DNA of 26,883 bases, the filler included, from Candidatus Huberarchaeum crystalense (GTDB lineage Archaea > Huberarchaeota > Huberarchaeia > Huberarchaeales > Huberarchaeaceae): the NCBI GenBank assembly GCA_002790315.1. It is 5 parts of 5 records of this genome, joined end to end, with 100 filler letters (N's around TTAATTAATTAA, not from the genome) between each part and the next. Parts side by side here need not be neighbours in the genome. Positions count along the whole stretch, not along the records: positions 16,793 to 19,260 come from PFUW01000024.1; positions 19,361 to 21,223 come from PFUW01000011.1; positions 21,324 to 25,061 come from PFUW01000029.1; positions 25,162 to 26,883 come from PFUW01000034.1; 1 more part is not named here. One strand, written 5' to 3'. The notes under the pieces were generated by a model. The model ran no database searches, was not told where the DNA came from, and saw only the letters and a list, made by a program, of their open reading frames with translations. This document shows, piece after piece, positions 16,794-25,162 of this stretch; the stretch's first letter is position 1, and the number at the start of each line of letters is the position of its first letter. The translations under genes were made by a program, and so were the position numbers.

Positions 16794-17204
16794 TTACCTC
16801 AAAATCAATCTTTCAGCCCCACATGCCTCGCACTTGAGAGCATAAAAATCCTCTCGCTTCTCAAGAACAGTATCATATTTACCACAAGTATGACATACAA
16901 CATATTCTTTCAAATATTGCGAAAATGCCTCACGAATTAACCCAGAATTTATTTGCTGATAAAAACTCGCGTCACTGCTTAGCAGGATTTCTGCGCGCGC
17001 AGCAAACTTTTTAATTAAAAACTTCAATATATGCTTTGGTTCTCGCTTAATTTTTTTCGCAATGTCAGCAAGATTTTTGATTATTGTTTTATTTTTTGTA
17101 GATATTATTTGAAGACCAGGAACAATAAATCGTTCGTCGCTCGCTTTGTGTTTGACTTTGGAAAGAGCTAAATCAAGCATTGTTTCATAATCAGGTAAAG
17201 ACAT
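16794..17204 (-). CDS. eif2b: Translation initiation factor aIF2 subunit beta
   Basis: DYETMLD, ERFIVP, TIIKN...I.....REPKH, YVVCHTCGKYDT, KCEACGA. ATG 17204 preferred. Confidence 0.94.
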   Translation of the reverse strand: MSLPDYETMLDLALSKVKHKASDERFIVPGLQIISTKNKTIIKNLADIAKKIKREPKHILKFLIKKFAARAEILLSSDASFYQQINSGLIREAFSQYLKEYVVCHTCGKYDTVLEKREDFYALKCEACGAERLILR

Positions 17205-17251
17205 AATTTTTATAAGAAAAAGCAGCAAAAAATGTAAAAATTAAAAAGAAT

Positions 17252-18367
17252 ATGAGAATCGCTTTTTTCACAGACACATATTTCCCACAAGTCAATGGTG
17301 TGACCTTTGCTGTAAATCAATTTAAAAAAGCTCTTGAAAAATCGCATGAAGTCAAAGTGTTTTATCCTGCGAGCAAATATAAACCAAGTAAAAATGAGAT
17401 TCCTCTTTTTTCACTTTCATTTCCTTTTTATAGCGGGTATAGGATAGTTTTTCCCTGGCAAAAAAGTTCTTCACATCTTTTTGACATAGTTCATATTCAC
17501 GGTCTTTATGGCGCAGCACTTTTAGGGATTAAAATGGCAAAAAAGCAAAAAATACCTTGTGTTGTTACATATCATACTCCAACTCATTTATACACAGAAT
17601 ATTTGGTTAAGAGCTTACCTTTGTCTATCAGAAAGCCACTAAACAACACACTTCAAAAAATTTGCTGGTGGTGGGAAAAACAAATTTTAAAAAAATGCGA
17701 TTTGGTTTTAACACCCTCAGAAATAATTGTTGATTTTTTGAAAGAGCGCGGAATAAAAAACGCAGTAGAGTTGCCGAATGGAACTGATTTAGCATTATTT
17801 AAATGCAAGCGAACAAAACTTAAAAAAAAGGCAATTGGCTATATTGGCAGATTGGGTTATGAAAAGCATGTTGAAGATATAATTAATATATCAAACAAGT
17901 TTGATGGAGATATTTTAATCGTAGGCGAAGGACCAGCAAGAAAATATTATGAAAATTTGGCAAGTGGAAAAACCAATATTAAATTTTTAGGTAATGTTGA
18001 GCGCGAAAAACTCGCTAAAATATATAATAAAATTGATTTTCTTGTTAATCCCTCAACTGTTGAAACCCAAAGTTTAACAGCAATCGAGGCAATGGCTTGC
18101 GGAACGCCAGTAATTGGAGCAGCAGCACTTGCTCTTAAAAAAACAATAACACTTGGAAAAACCGGCTTTTTATATGAACCAGGCAACACTACTGACCTTT
18201 TAAAAAAACTCTCAATTGCTTATCAAAACAAGGACTTTTTGAGCAAAAATTGCCTTGTTGAGGCAAGAAAACAAGATATCAAGCAAACTGCAAATCAGCT
18301 AATACAACTCTATTTGAATTTAAAAAATAAAGAAAATAGGGCTCCTTTTAAACACCGCTCTAAATAA
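17252..18367 (+). CDS. Glycosyltransferase family 4 (GT-B)
   Basis: MRIAFFTDTYFPQVNGV, TYHT, YIGRLGYEK, ETQSLTAIEAMACGTPVI (EX7E). Confidence 0.93.
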   Translation: MRIAFFTDTYFPQVNGVTFAVNQFKKALEKSHEVKVFYPASKYKPSKNEIPLFSLSFPFYSGYRIVFPWQKSSSHLFDIVHIHGLYGAALLGIKMAKKQKIPCVVTYHTPTHLYTEYLVKSLPLSIRKPLNNTLQKICWWWEKQILKKCDLVLTPSEIIVDFLKERGIKNAVELPNGTDLALFKCKRTKLKKKAIGYIGRLGYEKHVEDIINISNKFDGDILIVGEGPARKYYENLASGKTNIKFLGNVEREKLAKIYNKIDFLVNPSTVETQSLTAIEAMACGTPVIGAAALALKKTITLGKTGFLYEPGNTTDLLKKLSIAYQNKDFLSKNCLVEARKQDIKQTANQLIQLYLNLKNKENRAPFKHRSK

Positions 18368-18371
18368 TACT

Positions 18372-18734
18372 ATGACAACCAAATTGTTTATTGGAAATTT
18401 ACCGTTCAGCACAACTGACGAATCGTTGAAAGAACTTTTTTCTCAAGCAGGTAGTGTCAAAACAGCAAACATTGTTAAAAACAAGTTTTCAGGTAGATCC
18501 CGAGGATTTGGTTTTGTTGAAATGGAAACAGACGAAGAAGCTGTAAAAGCAATAGAAATGCTTAATAATAAAGAAATTGACGGCAGACAAATTGGTGTTA
18601 GTGAAGCGCGGCCAAGAGAGGACTTTCCACCAAGAGAGGGTGGCGGAAGAAGTGAGCATAGAAGAGAGGGTTACGGAAGAAGTGAAAATGGAGGAAGATA
18701 CGGAAGCGGCGAAAGACGAGAAAGACGCTACTAA
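18372..18734 (+). CDS. Single-RRM RNA-binding protein with Gly/Arg/Glu-rich tail
   Basis: RNP2 LFIGNL, RNP1 RGFGFVEM, VSEARP. Confidence 0.93.
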   Translation: MTTKLFIGNLPFSTTDESLKELFSQAGSVKTANIVKNKFSGRSRGFGFVEMETDEEAVKAIEMLNNKEIDGRQIGVSEARPREDFPPREGGGRSEHRREGYGRSENGGRYGSGERRERRY

Positions 18735-19079
18735 TTAAACAAAAATATATTTTACTTTGCTTTTAGGTTTTTTGTTGGATTTGATTTTTTGAGTGTTTTT
18801 TGTTAGTTTATTTTTTTTATGCTTGTTGTTTTGTTAAATTTGTGTATTTTGCTTGTTGTTTTCCTGTTAGTGTTGAGATATTTGGTTTGCTGTGGGTTTT
18901 AAGAATTTTTTTTTGATTTTTTATGTTTTTTGTTGGTTTTTTTTTTTGATGTTTGGGTTTTATTTATTGTTTTTGGTTGAGTTTTGTTCTAATCTTTTTC
19001 TTTTCTGTTTGTGTATTATTTAAATTAATAATACAAATATAAAAATTACACAAAGTTATAATAAAAAAACTAAGTTTAT

Positions 19080-19152
19080 AGTCCTGTGGTGTAGTGGTCT
19101 AGCATATCAGGTTCTGGTCCTGATGACAACGGTTCGAATCCGTTCAGGACTA
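19080..19152 (+). tRNA. tRNA-Gln(CTG)
   Basis: Acceptor AGTCCTG/CAGGACT (A1-U72, archaeal Gln type), anticodon arm TCAGG-TTCTGGT-CCTGA, T arm AACGG-TTCGAAT-CCGTT. Confidence 0.94.
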
Positions 19153-19260
19153 TGTTTGTAAAGTTATATTGTAGAGTTGACACTTTTCTTTAATTGCTAT
19201 TATCTATTTTATCTAAATATGATTAAAGTTTTTTATTGCTTACAATACTTATATTGTCAT

Positions 19261-19360
19261 NNNNNNNNNNNNNNNNNNNNNNNNNNNNNNNNNNNNNNNN
19301 NNNNTTAATTAATTAANNNNNNNNNNNNNNNNNNNNNNNNNNNNNNNNNNNNNNNNNNNN
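19261..19360. other. Artificial contig linker
   Basis: TTAATTAATTAA at 19305-19316 between N runs. Confidence 0.97.
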
Positions 19361-19375
19361 AAAATACAAAAATAT

Positions 19376-19840
19376 ATGGTTAAAGTTTATGACGCCACAG
19401 GGCAAGTTTTAGGACGATTGGCTTCTGTTATTGCTAAGCAATTATTGAATGGTGAGCAAGTTAGCGTGGTTTATGCTGAAAGGGCTATAATTTCAGGTAA
19501 CAAAAACGCAACAAATGCTTATTTTTTAGCAAAAGCAGATAAAAAACATCAAACAGGCGGAAAGCATAAAGGTCCTTTTGTTAGACGATTGCCTGATAGA
19601 ATTGTTAGTCATACAATTAGAGGAATGCTTCCTTTTAAAAAACCGCATGGTCGCGAGGCATTTCGAAGATTAAAAGTTTATGCAGGACTGCCTGAAGGAA
19701 CTGATACGAGTAAAGTGCTTGTGCTTGAAAAAAGTAAAAAATTAGGAAAATTAAAAAAACAGACAAGTGTCTTGGCTGTTAGTCAACGACTTGGTGCAAA
19801 GAATTTAGATGTCTTGAAGGTAATAGGAGAAAATAAATGA
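19376..19840 (+). CDS. rpl13: 50S ribosomal protein uL13
   Basis: DATGQVLGRLASVIAKQLL, GPF..R.PDRI...IRGMLP.K...GREAFRRLKVY.G.P. Confidence 0.96.
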   Translation: MVKVYDATGQVLGRLASVIAKQLLNGEQVSVVYAERAIISGNKNATNAYFLAKADKKHQTGGKHKGPFVRRLPDRIVSHTIRGMLPFKKPHGREAFRRLKVYAGLPEGTDTSKVLVLEKSKKLGKLKKQTSVLAVSQRLGAKNLDVLKVIGENK

Positions 19841-20475
19841 CATATGATTTAGGAATTACAACATATGACCCTGAGGGAAATATAAAGCAAGTAACCTATG
19901 CTGCTAAGGCAGTTGAAAAAGGCGATTCTGCAGTAGGTATTGTGTTTGATAAAGGCGCGCTCTTGACTACAATTTTCTCGTCAGAATCTAAACTACTTGT
20001 TCCTGAGTTTTCTGAAAAAATTTTCAAAATAGAAGACAATCTTTATATAGCAGCTAGTGGCATTTCTTCTGATATTCAAGTTTTAGTGCGAAAGGCTCGC
20101 GTCTTTGTTCAAAACGACCAGCTTTTATATAAACAACCAACGCAACCACACATTCTCGCAGAGTTTCTTGCTAATGAGATGCACAACTGCACCCAGCAAG
20201 CACCAACCAGACCATACGGCGTCTCGCTTTTACTTATAGGATTTGATGACAACACTCCACGACTCTTTGAAATAAATCCTGCAGGAGTTATGAGGGCGTT
20301 TTACGGCCGCGCAATTGGTAATAAATCCTCAGAACTAAACGCAGAACTTGAAAAAAAATACAATCCAAACCTTGACGAAAAAAGCGCAAATTCATTAGTT
20401 AAATCTCTTTTTAAAAAGGTTAATGGTGATAATTTTAATGAAAAACAGCTAAGTGTTATATCTATCAAAAAATAG
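19837..20475 (+). CDS. psmA: Proteasome subunit alpha (short, divergent)
   Basis: YDLGITTYDPEG...QV.YA.KAV..G, EKIFKI, SGI.SD, RPYGVSLLL.G, PRLFE..P.G, AIG. Confidence 0.88.
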   Translation: MTYDLGITTYDPEGNIKQVTYAAKAVEKGDSAVGIVFDKGALLTTIFSSESKLLVPEFSEKIFKIEDNLYIAASGISSDIQVLVRKARVFVQNDQLLYKQPTQPHILAEFLANEMHNCTQQAPTRPYGVSLLLIGFDDNTPRLFEINPAGVMRAFYGRAIGNKSSELNAELEKKYNPNLDEKSANSLVKSLFKKVNGDNFNEKQLSVISIKK

Positions 20476-20666
20476 AATTTTAAAATAAGTTATGTAAATA
20501 GATTTGAATAAATATATATTTAAAAAAAGCAGATAAAAGAAGAAAAGCAAATAACATCTATGAGCAACGGGATCAAATTATTTCTTATTTTATATATATT
20601 CTTATTTTAGATATAACTTTTGTGTGTGAAAAAGCAGAATTTTACAATAGATTTTAAAATACAATT

Positions 20667-21065
20667 TTACTTTTTATCTTCACTATGCTTTGATGACTTT
20701 GATGCGCCGACACCTGCTTTTGTATGTGTTGGGATCTTTCTTGTTAGCACATATTCCCCTAATCTCCTTCCTATCATTGAGATATTTGGCACTATTTCAA
20801 CAAAATCTCTGCCATTATGCACAGAAATGCGTTTTCCAACCATTTGTGGAAAAATAATCATCTCGCGCTCGTGTGTTTTAATCGGCTTTTTTTGATTTTC
20901 AGGATTAATTGCTGAGATGTCTCGCATAAACTTCAATTGGCGCGGGGTAAATCCTCGTAAAATCACACGGCGGCTTCTGCTCGGCATTATTTTTGCGATG
21001 TCCTCTATTTTTTGCGATGTCAGTTCTTCAAGTGTTAGACCTTTATATACTTTTGGCAATACCAT
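20667..21065 (-). CDS. rps19: 30S ribosomal protein uS19
   Basis: YKGLTLEEL, IKTHEREMIIFPQMVG, VHNG, MIGRRLGEY..TRK, AGVGAS.SS. Confidence 0.95.
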   Translation of the reverse strand: MVLPKVYKGLTLEELTSQKIEDIAKIMPSRSRRVILRGFTPRQLKFMRDISAINPENQKKPIKTHEREMIIFPQMVGKRISVHNGRDFVEIVPNISMIGRRLGEYVLTRKIPTHTKAGVGASKSSKHSEDKK

Positions 21066-21223
21066 AATATATTTATTTTTTATATTTGTTGAATTTAATT
21101 GCGCGCACCATATATGTTGCTGTGGTTTTTTTCTGATTTTTAAGTATTTTGCTTTAAGTATTTTGGTTTTTAAGTGCTTGTATATTGCTTTTAAATACTT
21201 TTGGTTTTAGGTATTTTGTGTTT

Positions 21224-21323
21224 NNNNNNNNNNNNNNNNNNNNNNNNNNNNNNNNNNNNNNNNNNNNTTAATTAATTAANNNNNNNNNNNNNNNNNNNNN
21301 NNNNNNNNNNNNNNNNNNNNNNN
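21224..21323. other. Artificial contig linker
   Basis: TTAATTAATTAA at 21268-21279 between N runs. Confidence 0.97.
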
Positions 21324-21325
21324 TT

Positions 21326-21430
21326 ATTTACGGCACAATTATTCAGTTAAAAAATCCAAAAAATGCACGAAAAATCATAAAGATTGGAATGCTGATCGCG
21401 TTAATTGCGTTTATTATAGGGGTAATTTAA
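21326..21430 (+). CDS. 3' end of a membrane protein, resembling a UbiA-family DGGGP synthase C-terminus (partial)
   Basis: IYGTIIQLKNPKNARKIIKIGMLIALIAFIIGVI*. K.GM..AL.AF..G is the typical final helix of DGGGP synthases; only 34 aa visible. Confidence 0.5.
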   Translation: MYGTIIQLKNPKNARKIIKIGMLIALIAFIIGVI

Positions 21431-21582
21431 AGTTTTAAATTTTAAACTGTTAGGATAATTTAAAGTTTAAACTTTTCTTTCTTCCTCTTTTCCTTCAGCA
21501 TGTTTTCTAAGTTTTCTTAACATTTTAAAACCCATACTTTAACATTTTTTTATCCTATGTTTTAAACACCTTATTTTAACAT

Positions 21583-22152
21583 TTATTCACTAAATACAAC
21601 TGCCTGGAACTTATATAATTTTGAAGATTTATCCGCCCACATATCATCTGATAGCATAGCTTTTCTGCATAAATTTGTCAGATATTTTTCTACATTCCAA
21701 CCATATTCTATAGCAACTTGTGGAAGCAACAAACCAGACCCAAAACCATGCTCAATAGCTAAACCGTCGCGCCCAATTTTGATTTCTTTTTTGATTTCTT
21801 CTGGTTCTGAACTTTTAATTTTTTGAAATTCACTTAATATAGATACTTCTATTTTAATATCTTGTAGTTCATCGCGCTTTAGTGGCATAAAGCGATTATC
21901 TTTAAATCCAGCACCTATTGCAGCGTCTTTTAAACTTCTGCCTAATGAATATTTTGCTATTGGATAACCAATACATCCTCTTAGTTCATTTGTATGTTTG
22001 TTGTGTATGGTTACAAAAACACCGCGGGGATAAGTTAAAATGTGTTTTAAAGAGTCAGGTGTTTCTATTTTTTTGTTTGTAAAAAATTCTTCAATACTAT
22101 CGCGCGCCAACTTACATAATTCTTTTCCTTGATTTGCTGTAATTTTAATCAT
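21583..22152 (-). CDS. AMMECR1-domain protein (TIGR00296-like)
   Basis: RGVFVTI, LRGCIG, D.RF.PL, EVSILS, IGRDGL, GLLLPQVA.E..W, LC.KA. ATG 22152 preceded by GGAG. Confidence 0.93.
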   Translation of the reverse strand: MIKITANQGKELCKLARDSIEEFFTNKKIETPDSLKHILTYPRGVFVTIHNKHTNELRGCIGYPIAKYSLGRSLKDAAIGAGFKDNRFMPLKRDELQDIKIEVSILSEFQKIKSSEPEEIKKEIKIGRDGLAIEHGFGSGLLLPQVAIEYGWNVEKYLTNLCRKAMLSDDMWADKSSKLYKFQAVVFSE

Positions 22153-22198
22153 TTTATTTCTCCAACACACAACATAATATATTTATATTTATAAAAGT

Positions 22199-24284
22199 TT
22201 AGTATATTTGCGCGCCAGATTCAACTTTTCTATCTGTTTTAATTTTCTCATTTTTTGTTGTAAGTGGTTTGTTGTTGTATATTACTTCACCTTTTTTATT
22301 TACAACTAAGTTCACTGCTTGAAAATCTGAAAATTCAATTTCACTATGCAGTTTTAATTCAGTTGGTTCAACAAAAACAGCTGACCCTTTTTCACTTGTT
22401 TCAACAATCAAAATTGACCATTTTTGTGCAAGACCATCACGCTTTTCTGCGATTAATATCATTCCTTGGGATTCAAATCCCTTTAATGTGCGCGGCTTTA
22501 AGTTTGTTAAAAATACTGCTTTTTTTCCAATCAATTGACTTGGAGAATAATGCGCTCTGATTCCGCTGACAATTTGGCGTTTTTCGCTTCCAAAATCAAC
22601 TTGCAAGACTAATAATTTGTCTGAATCAAGAATTGGCTCAGCAAAAATAATTTCTCCTATTTTTAGATCAAGTTTTGAAAAATTGTTGATTTGTTCTTTG
22701 GGTTTGTCANNNNNNNNNNNNTTTCTCAAATAAAGGCTTATTTTCACCACTTTCTAATCTTTTTATTGCATTTGGAATTATTGGTGAAATTAGCTTAGAT
22801 ATAATCTGTATTTTTATGTATAGTTCTTTCAAAACTTCTTTGTTTTTTGCTTCGCGCAAACTACCTTCTTTTTTACTCTGCGTAAATTTATCATTACTAT
22901 CACCGCTTTTCCAAGGAGCTTTATCTTGCATGAATTTATTTGCTTCAGCACATTCGTTTAAAATATCTTTTAAAACTTTGCTAAGAAGCAGCTCATTATC
23001 AAGATTGTTTTTAATTTTTTCATATAAAGTGCTTTTTTCAATATTTACCTGAGGCAAATCAATTATATTTTTGGTTTTTATCAATGTTTTAACGCGATGA
23101 ACTAAATTTCCGAAATTGTCAATAAGTTCTTTATTTATAATGCGCTGGAAATCTTCCCAGGAAAATAAGGTGTCTGTCTTTTCAGGCAATTTATAAATAA
23201 GATAAAACCTCCAATAGTCTGCAGGAAAGGTCTCTAATGCAACTTCATTATTCAATCCAACACCCCTACTCTTTGAAAATTTTGTTTTCCCTCCTAATAA
23301 AAAAGCATAGCCCTTTAATTTGTTGACAAGATTGTAATTTTCATCTGCTCCTTTTAAGATACAAGGAAAGAAAATAGAGTGAAAAAAAATATTATCCTTC
23401 CCTAAAAACTGCACAAGCTTAACCTTGTTGGTTTTCCACCAATTTTCCAGTTTTTCACCACTAATATCACACCAATCTTTAGTAATTCCAACATATCCTA
23501 TTGGTGCATCAAACCAAACATAAAAAACTTGCTCTTCAAAACCTTGTTTAGGAATATGAAATCCCCAATTAGTTCCTGATCGCGATATTGCGCGCGCTTT
23601 TAGTCCTTTGTTCAAATACCCTTTTGTAACTGCAAGGGGAAATGAATCCATTTTATTTGAATTAAGCCACACATCTAATTTTTTATGAGCCCAAATTTTT
23701 GGCAAGTCAAGATATAGATTTTTTAGTTTCTTTCTTGTAATGTTTTTTCTGCCGCAATGGATACAAATAGGATTTAAGATTTCGTTTGTATCTAATATTT
23801 TTGTACAATCATCACACTGATCTCCTCGCGCCAAACCTCCACAATGCGCGCACTTACCTTCAACCCATCTATCTGCAAGATATAGTTTGCAATCTTCGCA
23901 ATAAAACATTTCGCTATTTTTTTCAAAAATATAACCATTTTTATCTAATTTTTTAAAAATTTCATAAGTTATTTTTTTATTATTTTCACTGTTAGTAATT
24001 CCATAATAAGTAAATTCAAGTCCAAAACATTCAAGGATTTTTTTATTTTTTTCATGCATATCATAAACATAATCTGCTGTTGGAATTCCTGCTTTTTTTG
24101 CAGAAACTTCAAACATTGTTCCGTGACTATCACTGCCACAAATAAAGATTACATCTCTATTTAAAAGTTTCATATATTTATAATATACATCTGCCGGTAG
24201 TAAGGATCCAACGAGATTTCCTATGTGTAAGATTCCGTGTATATAAGGAAGTGCAGAAGTTATTAATATCTTTTTATTATACAT
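22199..24284 (-). CDS. metG: Methionyl-tRNA synthetase with C-terminal tRNA-binding OB domain (one gene; apparent split caused by gap 22710-22721)
   Basis: ITSALPY...LHIGN, four CXXC knuckles, FYVWFDAPIGY, GKDNIFFH, KFSKSRG; then FSKLDLKIG, RQIVSGI, NLKP...GFESQGMIL. Confidence 0.93.
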
Positions 24285-24316
24285 ATGTTTTTGTTTTTCT
24301 AAAATTAAAACAGATT

Positions 24317-24934
24317 ATGGTCGAATATACAAAAAAGAAAAGTGAAGACATTTTGTTTCCCGGCAGATTTAGCATTTTGACAAAAATCCACGAAGGCATT
24401 ATCAGGAACATACTAAACAGGTATGCGCGTGAAGGAAAATTGTATATAGGCTTACGGCTGATTGTTGATGAAAACTGGACAAATTATGACAACCCTTTCA
24501 CATTTTACGAGAGAAAAGAAATGTTCAATATCATCTTTGGCAAAGAAATTGCGTGCAGGAAAATTTGTGTTGTTCCGCTTAAATATGGATTAAATATAAG
24601 AAAAGATATGAAAAAATTTTGCGGAAAGATAATACCAATATACACACGGGAAAAAATATGGGCTTGGGGGGGTAAATTTTTAGGCGTTCCTACAATATAC
24701 GAAAAAAGGGATGGCTTTTCAGCAACAGATATAAAGGAAAAAATTTATAAAACTTTAAAAAACCAAAACGAGTTACCTAAATATATGGGGGGAATTGACA
24801 GCAGGATATTAAAATTTATAAATGATAAAGAAAAAATAAGCCGTATGAAAAATTTTATAAATCATCCAAGTAAGAACAGAGATAAATTTGGGCTAGTTGA
24901 AGAATTAAAAAGAATTTTACATATACATATATAA
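24317..24934 (+). CDS. HIGH-type nucleotidyltransferase (NMNAT/cytidylyltransferase-like)
   Basis: FPGRF....KIH, LYIG, DNPFTFYERKEM, FSATDIK. ATG 24317 preferred because the track's GTG overlaps metG. Confidence 0.72.
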   Translation: MVEYTKKKSEDILFPGRFSILTKIHEGIIRNILNRYAREGKLYIGLRLIVDENWTNYDNPFTFYERKEMFNIIFGKEIACRKICVVPLKYGLNIRKDMKKFCGKIIPIYTREKIWAWGGKFLGVPTIYEKRDGFSATDIKEKIYKTLKNQNELPKYMGGIDSRILKFINDKEKISRMKNFINHPSKNRDKFGLVEELKRILHIHI

Positions 24935-24973
24935 TTAACTTTACAATCAAACAATAATCTCTTTAAATACTAT

Positions 24974-25061
24974 ATGAATAACAACAACAATATATTAAAT
25001 TTTTTTAAGTGGAAGGATGTATTTTCGCTGCTCTGTGCGGTCTTTGGATTTTTTGCTATAA
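24974..25061 (+). CDS. N-terminus of a membrane protein, possibly PssA-like CDP-alcohol phosphatidyltransferase (cut by contig edge)
   Basis: MNNNNNILNFFKWKDVFSLLCAVFGFFAI; resembles the first helix D..SL.N...GF.AI of that family. Confidence 0.4.
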
Positions 25062-25161
25062 NNNNNNNNNNNNNNNNNNNNNNNNNNNNNNNNNNNNNNN
25101 NNNNNTTAATTAATTAANNNNNNNNNNNNNNNNNNNNNNNNNNNNNNNNNNNNNNNNNNNN
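25062..25161. other. Artificial contig linker
   Basis: TTAATTAATTAA at 25106-25117 between N runs. Confidence 0.97.
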
Positions 25162-25162
25162 A

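Noticed and set aside
21468-21535. Basic 22-aa minus-strand ORF MGFKMLRKLRKHAEGKEEERKV as an eL41-like peptide
   Set aside because: No match to the Arg-rich eL41 pattern; can arise by chance in purine-rich DNA.
22199-24284. Split MetRS or programmed frameshift
   Set aside because: The frame change falls inside the 12-N gap, whose length is only an estimate.
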